From the NCBI GenBank assembly GCA_003344405.1, contig NOWV01000031.1:186001-250000 (forward strand): 64,000 nucleotides of DNA. Direction: 5' to 3'. Each line of letters starts with the position of its first letter. Position 1 is the first letter of the stretch. Shown here one piece after another: positions 55,001 to 64,000 of this stretch. The notes below the pieces were generated by a model. The model saw only the letters and a list, made by a program, of their open reading frames with translations. It ran no database searches and was not told where the DNA came from. The stretch is from Trichoplax sp. H2. Lineage: Eukaryota. Position numbers and translations under genes: made by a program.

Positions 55001-57486
55001 AAATGTTTCGAGTAGTTATTTGAAATATAGAAATTTGATATAGTTTGTAATAGAAACAAACATATGTATGAAATTGTTTATTACTTCAAATTAATCAATT
55101 TAGCAGTTACCTAAATCAAAAATTGCATTCATTGATCAATCAGTCTGTTAACTGATAAATATGAAAGTAGGGGCTGAAATTGAAATACTTTGAATTCAAA
55201 AGTACTGAAATAGCAAACGGGCGGCTAAAATCAACAAGTAATTCGATGAAATGGAGCACTAAAACTTTAATCGATCTTTCAAATTTTCTGCCCATAAATT
55301 ATGGAAAAAATATAGACCGTTCCTAATTTAGGAAAGAGTCTAACGAATTACTTCAAGAAGTATGTGGAATAAAATCTTTTCTATTAGAAACTTTTCAGCT
55401 TTTCAAAGACTAAATTCATAATAAAGTTAAAGACACAATCACTTTAAATCTGATTTAAATCGCAGGAGACAATTTGTGATTTAGTATCTTTAAAATATTT
55501 AAGTAAGAACTAGCAATTCTTGTAAATTTTCACTTCATTACTTAACTTCAGATTCCTCTAACGATACCAAGAACTATCTACCTTGAGTCATCTACTTATA
55601 ATATTATATACAACTACATTTATACTATGGTAAATCTGAATTATGTTATCGTAGAAATCATAAAAGTTTTTAAACTATCTTATTATCTCTAGCTAAAGCA
55701 TTGCGCTCATAGTTCGCTGTTAGACTACAAACGAATTGATAAATTTTCATAGCTACGGCATACTACATAGTCTACATTCGTTACTGTTGTGGGGATTAAT
55801 GCAGCATAGCTTTGCTCGAAAAATGTCTAAGTGATCGGAAAATGATGATTTCAAATAGCCACTACAACAACCACCTATGACACGATGAAGGAATCATTTC
55901 TTAACATCCTTCCGATATCTTATAATATTTCCCTGATTAACTTTTAAGAAATCAGAATCAATCATATTAAAACCAGGGACTTTTCGATTTTAATCTTTAA
56001 TTCTCATTTTTTTAATTTAAGAATTTGATTTTTATCGTAAAGTCCTAGTTAAAACTTACGTACTGGTAGATGCTGTAATAATATATTCATTGGCCGTAAC
56101 ATATTAATAACAAAGCCTTTATCGTATAAATTTCTTAAAATTTATACTTACTAAATCGAAATAGTTAGCAATATCTTCTTTTATATACGGTATAATTGTT
56201 AGGAGAATTGTTCTGCATCCAATCCTCAATATTACGTAAAATTAGAAGTTGGGTGTAATTAGAGTTGCTGATGTCTAATAAAGTTTTATTTATCTTGCAT
56301 CACACAGTATATAGTTGTTAGCAAAATTGATCCATATCTAATCCTTCAATATCATCTAAAAGTTAGACATATCATAGTTGCTAATATCGGTAGAAATCGA
56401 TGTATCATGGTTGCTCTATTTAATTACCTAGTACAAATTATGTTGCAGATTTAATATTGTGATGTAGCCGCCACAAATATTACAATATGATCTATTCATA
56501 GTAAAGCTTTACTTTGTTACATAAGTTAGTCCACCTACTAAATTACTAAAATAACTATAAAAGAAATCATAGTTAGTTGTGCATCTAATAGGTACAGGGA
56601 CGATTTAAAAATTCTATCATTATAAATACTAAGGGCTATCTACATTCAGTTTAAAACAGTTCGACTTATCACATCAACTTACAATTCGAATTTGTTTTTG
56701 TTTAAGCTTATAGCCGTATTCCTAAGCTCTTATTAACACTGCTTAAAAAATATAAAATAAACCTCCGGAAATATTGCAAATAACTGATTTTTCCTGATTC
56801 GCCTTTAAAATATTTTATTTAATCGGTACGCTGCTATTGCAAGGCTTTTATCGAAAACAATAAATGGAAAAATGATTGACAATATCCATTTCGCTCTGCA
56901 CCATTTATTGGTAAAGTAAGCACTGCTTTAATCTTTAATATCAAAAGATATTAAATATTTCAAAATGATAATCTTTATTAATTGTTGGCTAATAAGTGAT
57001 CTTGAACAGCGGCCGGTATACCACAATAAAGTTGAATTTTTATTATGAAAATAGTGAAACCGTTAAAGTACAAAGCCATGACACATGCAGTTTTAAACCT
57101 AGCTAACAAATGGATAGGCTCTTTAATTACTAGTGCACTATGCACAATTACAAAAATTTTGTTAATCAATATTAGTAAAAAAGTAAGAATATTTCAAAAT
57201 ATCCAAGATGGTAGAGACAAGATAATTTCAAATAAAGCAGATGTTAGTACCGCTAAGAATTTATCATTTACCTAATGTCTCCTATATTTTAAAATCTTTC
57301 CAAGATTAACCTTCATGAATTATAAGTAGTCATGCCATAACTTTAATATTAAATACAAAATCATTATCATAAATCTATCCCATTTTATGATTCCAGCCTT
57401 TATATGAACTATATTTATTGGATAAGATATTTCTAGCTTATTATATCATAATCGTGATAGTTATTTTTCCATATTTATAATAATGG

Positions 57487-59474
57487 TTAGCAGAAGTGAT
57501 CCACATCTGTGGTATCGAAATCGTCTAGAAAACTAGAACTAAAGCTATTGGTACTAGTAGATATTGGCGAAACAGTAGTATAATGGACAAACTTATATAT
57601 AACATGATGATGAACAGTCTGTTCAGTTTGCTTATTTAAGTTCTCAACGGCTGGCGATAATGTTTGTAATGATTTATGCTCTATTATTACCTTTGGCCTG
57701 CACTCTTCTATAATATTACGAGTATGACTAAAAGATGACACTTTATCATGAATGGAATCGATTGATTTAACTCTTTGAGTGTTATTTGTGATAATAGTTT
57801 CCATCAATTCGATGGACTTGCTATTATTTTCTCTCTCATCTGTTTTTTCTATTCCGTTTGATGGCTGATAGCAAGGATGACGGTAATGACATAGACAAGA
57901 TACACTTGGATTCAAATCTTCACTACTTTTACACGCTATCATACGAGTATACGGATTGGATTTTGGCATAGTTTGCTGATATATCAGGTCTATAATCTTC
58001 CATTTAGTCCATTGGAGTGATGTTGAGTCTAGAACTTTTCTTAATTCATTTCCTACCAATTTACCAAAATGATCATAATCATCTTCAACTTGTCCTTCTT
58101 GTATCTTCAGCTCATTCATCGTTTTCAAGGCCTTCTCCGTACCATTATTATCCGATTTACTCCTCTTGCTACGATCATTCCCGATCTCAGTAATAGTCCA
58201 TTCAGGACTCTCTGATCGCTTTACGGGTGTCTTTTTGCAATTTTCTCTGTTGGATAACTTACTGGAGCGTTGGATGCTTGCTGACTATAATAATTTAAGT
58301 TTACGTATTAAGTTAAAATAGCAATAGATTTCTATTATAGGTAGGTAAGTGATAAAATGATACTCTAAGTTATCAATGGTTCACATCTTAGTCCGCAGAT
58401 CATTTGGTATATTTCAAATTAGTTCACGAAATATTAATGATTTTGATAAAATAATAGCATTATTAATTATCCTTTTCTATATAAAATCGATGATTTCACT
58501 TAGTTCATCTGTAAATATTTTATAAGCTATTTACTACAATAAAGACGCCTGAATTCGCATCTTAAGAAACTTTATGATGCAATTACAGTAATTGAGTCCT
58601 GAAGTACATGAAATATTTATGCTCTCTTTTCCTGTAACTTAAGAATTCTAATCTTTTTTACTTGCATAATGAATTGGATAATGATTGATCTTCTAATATA
58701 TTTTGTGTAGAAAACAGAACCTATCTTAATGCTATATTTTCTTTAAAATGCCTACAACTACACCTACCGGATTAGTACTTCTATTCGGTAGGCTATCAAA
58801 TGCTTCTTTTCCATGACTCTAGAGATAGTTAGAGAGCGACATGAGGAACAAACGTTTATCAAATAGAAATGCAGTATTTTACACATCTTAAAGATAATTT
58901 TTATCAAACATTCTTACTGATTCCGATTTATTAGCAATCACTTCCATCTTAGGCATAGAAGATATTACCGACGACGGTTGTGATCGTTGCCCATAAATTT
59001 CTTCTTTGGACTTGAAACATAATTTTAAATGCAATTATTTTAATACCGTAACTGCCTCAGCTCTTTGAAAATTTATTTTAACGAGAAAATGTTTCTTTCG
59101 TTACTACGGCTTACCAATGGCGTACTCCATGTTGGTAATGGAGCTTGTACATCACGAAGAAATTTTAATGACTCAAAAAATGGCCATGTTGATTGGTAAA
59201 TACTATTGGCAGCTACGCCCGATCTTCGCGTTGAAATCATTCGCTGATGTTCTCGAAAAAATTGAGTACGAAGCGAGTTCATTTTTTTCTCAGTTACTAT
59301 GGGCTGACAATGTAATTTCTTAGCCATTTCCTTCCATGCCATGTATCGAACAGCTCGATTTTTATAATGAGGATGCCAAACATTCCACAAGACTTCATTT
59401 TCACGATATAGATCAATCAGTTTCTTGATTTTTTCAATTCCCCAATCTAGTTCTGCTTGATAATTTCCTTCCAT
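57487..59474 (-). CDS. MADF (Myb/SANT-like) DNA-binding protein with BESS-like motif; exons 59474-59115, 59010-58918, 58818-58768, 58284-57487
   Basis: W..EKIKKLIDLYRENEVLWNVWHPHYKNR...AWKEMA...KKMNSLRTQFFRE...WPFFESLKFL is a MADF domain. DDYDHFGKLVGNELRK..KWKIIDLIYQ is BESS-like. Three phase-0 GT-AG introns. Confidence 0.9.
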
Positions 59475-62194
59475 TTACGGTTTTAATTATTCTTTATCAA
59501 ACTACACTAATTGAATAGCCTATTTTGAATAGTACAGAAAAACTACATGTTCAAACAAATATTATAATATTGTAATAAAGTAAAATATCATCTGCACTTA
59601 TTTCTATACGGTATATTGCAGCAATACGTCTCTTAGCACAGCTATCGTTCCTTATATCTTCCAGATAGTATAATACACTTTCAGTTTAACTTTGACATGA
59701 TAGTTGCAATACAAGTTTAAGCTGTTAACAAGTGGTGTAAAAAAATTTTGTTCGCTAATAAAAATGAGATCTATCCTCGCAATGTTAGATATCCTTAGTG
59801 CACTTCAAACTATCTAGAATTTTACTCCGGTTCGTTGTTGCTGTATATAGATATCGTTGTCTGTTGATATATTTAATGTTATATCGAAAAGGTGGTTAAT
59901 GTAATAAGATAAATTATAATTTACATGAAGTAAATTTGCACTATTCATGGGTCTTATTAGTTGCTTCTTATGAGAAGAATTGGATAAAGCAATTCTTTTA
60001 TGCCAGTCTACCTAGATCTATCACTGTAAAGAATCCATATCATAATAAGACAGTTTACCGATCAATACATTTAAAGTAATTATCAGTTATTATTAAAAAG
60101 TTTTCGTATTTGTTTAGCTAAATTGCTTTCTCAAACACAAATATGTATCATTTTTAGCAATCGATATTTTCTAACTGTACTTAAATTGTATAATATTACA
60201 CGATTATTGACCACATAATCCTATCTTACTTTATTCGAAAATAGATCTTAAAATAGGATTACCAATTGAAGCTTGAACTTGGTTAAACTTTACGCGTTAA
60301 TATAAAAGACCTACCTACACGAGTTAATCCAGTTATTGATTCGTTGTCAATCTTCTAAATTGCAATATATCCTTATTTACCTCGAATAAATGCGATAAAA
60401 GAACTTGATTGCAAACCACCAAAAAATAGTTATGAAACTGCCTTAGCGCAGGGACTCAAACAGTGTATTCTGATCGATTTGTTGAATTTGAGTATACGAC
60501 ATCTCAAGTATTTGCGAATTTTATTAATTTTTTACAATAAATACATAGACAATTACTGTACCTGAACCTTATCTGGACAGACTAATCATGGCTGTAAATC
60601 CAATTAGCTGTTATTTATAATTACCGTTACCATTACATCGGTTATTACAGCATATTAATCTACAGAAGTTGAAAATTGGCTTATATATGTAGATCCATTA
60701 CAACAATCGGTGCATTGCACCAGATATCAGGTCTATTTTGCACCGTCTGCAACTAATATCATTTCGGTTAACTCTTATTATCGTATATAGAAAGGAGAAA
60801 TCACAATCTAAATGACGGGTAACTTGCATTTTAAATTAGAATGATACTGTATGGTCAATGACAACTATAGGAAAGGCATAGAAATTTGTAATTACGGCAA
60901 TTACAAAGTCGATAAAATTAAAGAATTTGGTGCCAATTTATGATGTCTGTGATTGACTGCCTCAAACACCTCAACTTTTTCAGAAATACAGATAGATGTC
61001 AACACTGGCGTGAGGGCTGAGCTAAAAAGTCAATAAAAAAACTACGAACGATGGCCTATCATTAATTTTCCCTAATAATGATAGGAAAGACCATTTTCCC
61101 CCAAATATTCTTTTCATTTATATCCGATAAGGTTTATCGTAAAACATTGCAAACAGTTCCTTTCTTTTGTCGGTTTGTTCATTTTTAATTCTAATGTCAA
61201 TCTCTTTTAATAGAGCAGTGAGGAATTATACCAATATATAATTAGCTAAAAAATTAGGTTGTTCAGCATCTCGAGGGTTGCATCAATTTCCAAAATTAAT
61301 TATAATGCACAAAGTAACGTAGTGAGAATTTTAGTTACCATGCATAGAACATTCCTAAATTTTTCCACAATACTATCAGTTTATATGGATTTAAAGGTCT
61401 ACCTTGCTAAACTCCGGTAAACACTGACGGCTGATTCTGTAATATTTAGGGTTAAATTGTAGTAATACAGTAGAATCATGGTAATCAAGAGATAACGCCA
61501 TCGCATAATCTTCAAATCTAGTCAGCGAAATATTGCATGTTACGGTTGCATTAGAGCATTACTGTAACATTTACAACTGAAGCTGAATTCAATTAACGAC
61601 GGATTAAACTAAGCCAATGCATTAACTATAAGGAATGAATTAAATAGTAGGTTAAAAAATCTTCGACTGCAATTACTTGTTGTAGAATCAACAGCACAAT
61701 AAATGCAATTGTATTCTGCTATAGTGGATTTGGAAAAACGGCAAATGCTATTAATACACACATTGATAACTGTCTACTCATATGAACGTTCGTCTCCTAT
61801 TACTACACGGCACACTTCTGATTTAGACCGAATTAATTACAGTAACACATTGACGAAGGAAGCCACTTCCAACAGGTGCACTACGCCAGTTGGTAATCAT
61901 GGTGATACTGTAGCTGTTTATGTAAATCGACCAGGCATTTTCGAATACTTAGGTAAACGATACATTCTCTTCCTTTCCATGGCCATGTGCATTGTAAACT
62001 CTAGTTTCTTACATTCGTGCAGACTCAAAATAGTCCATTTCCTTAGGACAGAGTGATAAACACTGACAATCATCGACAACAGATCTTTTACATGTAGTTA
62101 GTGTTTTCATATACAGAAAATCTGTAGGTGTTGGAAACAAATAAGCACAGTTAATTTAGAGAACAGTAATTAAACATTAAAAGACTAAAATCTT

Positions 62195-62200
62195 TTTATT
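62195..62200 (-). promoter_or_regulatory. RPS26 polyadenylation signal AATAAA
   Basis: tttatt on the + strand, 27 nt past the stop codon. Confidence 0.7.
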
Positions 62201-62226
62201 TGACTTTAATACATGATGAAGAGAAT

Positions 62227-63639
62227 TTAAGAGTTGGCTTTGTTTTGTCCACTAGATCGGTCCTCCTAGCAAAAGGATCATTTACGATTGATTAATTAAA
62301 TAAAATTATAAGCACAAATTACTCGAAATTAACATTAACTTCAAAGCTGTACAAGGAATAACGTACTGTACTGCACTGACACTACATACATTATCATAAG
62401 CCACAAGGAAATAAGCAACAACTAACTAGCCCATGCATTAAAACTTTGACATAAAAGGATGACAAATGCTTGCTTATTCAATAGATCACCGTGCAGTCAG
62501 AGAAGGGTAATAACTCCGACTAACAACTGACTACGGACATTGCATCAATATTGGCCAATAATTCAACGAGTGATAACTTGACGACAATCGACTTAGTCTA
62601 GCAAAAGCAAAGACTAAGGCTGGCATACGCCATAACCTTACAAAGTAGCACAGTACCGTAGCTTCTATCCAAATTAAGATATATCGTACCTTTGGACGGA
62701 ATCGTGGTGGAGGGACACGATCTCTTCTATCTTCTTTAGATCGATTTCTGACAATTTTCGAGTGAATGGCACAGCTGACACAGTAGTACAACTTAGCATA
62801 CATCTTGGGCAAAGCATACGCTACAATGAACGTAGAAAAATGTTTAATCAAGATTCCATTTTACTCAACATGATGGTCATGCTGTGAGATCAAGATACAG
62901 CAACATCATCCAAGTAGATCAAACTTATGATTACAATGATAGACTTGCTAGCCATTTGCTACACTTACAATCGTACACGCTCGCTTCCGAGATATCACGG
63001 ATAGCCGCCGCATCGACCATGTTTCTTATAACAAACTTCTTAATAGCTTTGTCTTTAGGTACACAACGAGAACAATTTGTGCAGCGAACAAACCTGGTAT
63101 GTCCGCGTCCATGCTTTGATCGTCCGCTATTACGTCTCTTCTTGGTCTATAGCATGGATTAAAATAGAAAGTGGATCGGGAATTACAATTTTATACCAAT
63201 AACCAGTCAAGATCAGCGGACGCCATTTTTAATACGGTTATGCCCAAATGGTCTATTTTATGATTAATTTATCCATACACTCCCTGTCCATGATGGTTTC
63301 ATTGCCGAATACAACTAAAACTACCAACTACATTACATTATCATCGGAAATGAACGAAGTCCAACTTTTGCCATGGCCAGGCAATATCATCAAATCTCGA
63401 CTAGTCACAACCATACTTGATCGCGACTCGACTTTGCAACATGACACTGTTATAACTATAGCGCCACGTGGTATAAGATGAGTGTAAAAAAATGACTTCG
63501 ATCCAATGGAAAGAATCCAAAATGGCTTTTCTTCCATCGACATATCTCTTTGAGCTTTTCAATGTGATAAGGCTTCATCATGAAGCATGCACTAACATAA
63601 TTATCAAAGCATTAGTCGATCAATCTCATTTCTTACCAT
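62227..63639 (-). CDS. RPS26: 40S ribosomal protein S26 (eS26), 116 aa; exons 63639-63637, 63146-62969, 62820-62690, 62265-62227
   Basis: [116 protein letters not shown]. Canonical splice sites. Confidence 0.98.
62408..62542 (+). ncRNA. Candidate hairpin-H-hairpin-ACA structured RNA within RPS26 intron 3 (antisense orientation)
   Basis: Stem aataagcaa/ttgcttatt, AGATCA (ANANNA) at 62483-62488, stem ccgtgcagtcag/ctgactacgg, ACA at 62537-62539; about 135 nt. Confidence 0.3.
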
Positions 63640-63701
63640 GATTGAAAAAATGAATTTGCCTCAACTTGAAGGTAGGCAACTTCTTCGCCAGCAAGATGGG
63701 T

Positions 63702-63718
63702 AGAAAAGAAGGAAGAAA
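63702..63718 (-). promoter_or_regulatory. Polypyrimidine TCT/5'TOP-type initiator of RPS26
   Basis: Minus strand TTTCTTCCTTCTTTTCT, 60-80 nt upstream of the ATG; typical of ribosomal protein genes. Confidence 0.7.
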
Positions 63719-63771
63719 CTAGTGCGGAGCCTCGTTGTAGAGTAGTGGTCACTACTGCGCATACTCTTGAA

Positions 63772-63925
63772 AACTGTACTGTACCGTACAGTGTACAGTG
63801 TACAGTGCAGTACAGTACTGTAGGGTCTGTACTCTGTAGCCTTCACAAGTTGACAGTGTACAGTGTACAGTACTTCACGGTCTATAGCCTTTATGCTGTA
63901 CTGTACATTGTACATGAGTACTGGA
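63772..63925. repeat. Cluster of ACTGTAC/GTACAGT/TGTACA near-palindromic units upstream of RPS26
   Basis: actgtactgtaccgtacagtgtacagtgtacagtgcagtacagtactgt and further copies up to ~63925. Confidence 0.8.
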
Positions 63926-64000
63926 CTGGACAGAACTGCATAATACCATACAGTATGGGAGAATAGCTTGGTATGGAACACAGACCTGACTAGGAGCATC

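Noticed and set aside
61703..62056. 117-aa ORF downstream of RPS26
   Set aside because: No recognisable domain or splice context; possibly a chance ORF.
63147..63636. C/D snoRNA in RPS26 intron 1
   Set aside because: Only imperfect C boxes and a distant CTGA, with no terminal stem or recognisable rRNA guide.
63661..63999. ORFs of 112 and 73 aa at the window end
   Set aside because: By-products of the TGTACA repeat cluster in the RPS26 promoter.

Overview
AT-rich (roughly one-third GC) animal genomic DNA with short GT-AG introns. Intronless divergent GPCR and TPR genes suggest a placozoan (Trichoplax-like) genome; this is an inference from style only. Six genes can be supported: (1) an intronless class A GPCR (+); (2) a ~28-kb Apaf-1-like gene (+); (3) a zinc-ribbon/ubiquitin-like-domain gene with a phase-1 microexon tail (-); (4) an intronless TPR gene (-); (5) a 4-exon MADF/BESS-like gene (-); (6) RPS26 (-). 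The most unusual feature is the Apaf-1-like gene. It keeps a CARD-like exon, the winged-helix and HD2 domains and degenerate WD40 repeats. In place of the NB-ARC ATPase it has about 55-60 short exons, nearly all symmetric phase 1-1, encoding an estimated ~2,200-aa low-complexity linker, and its LHD nucleotide-sensing motif is also lost. The first 3 kb contain two near-identical copies separated by N gaps, probably two haplotypes, one with an insertion starting TGTCAC. All exon models were read by eye and need transcript confirmation.
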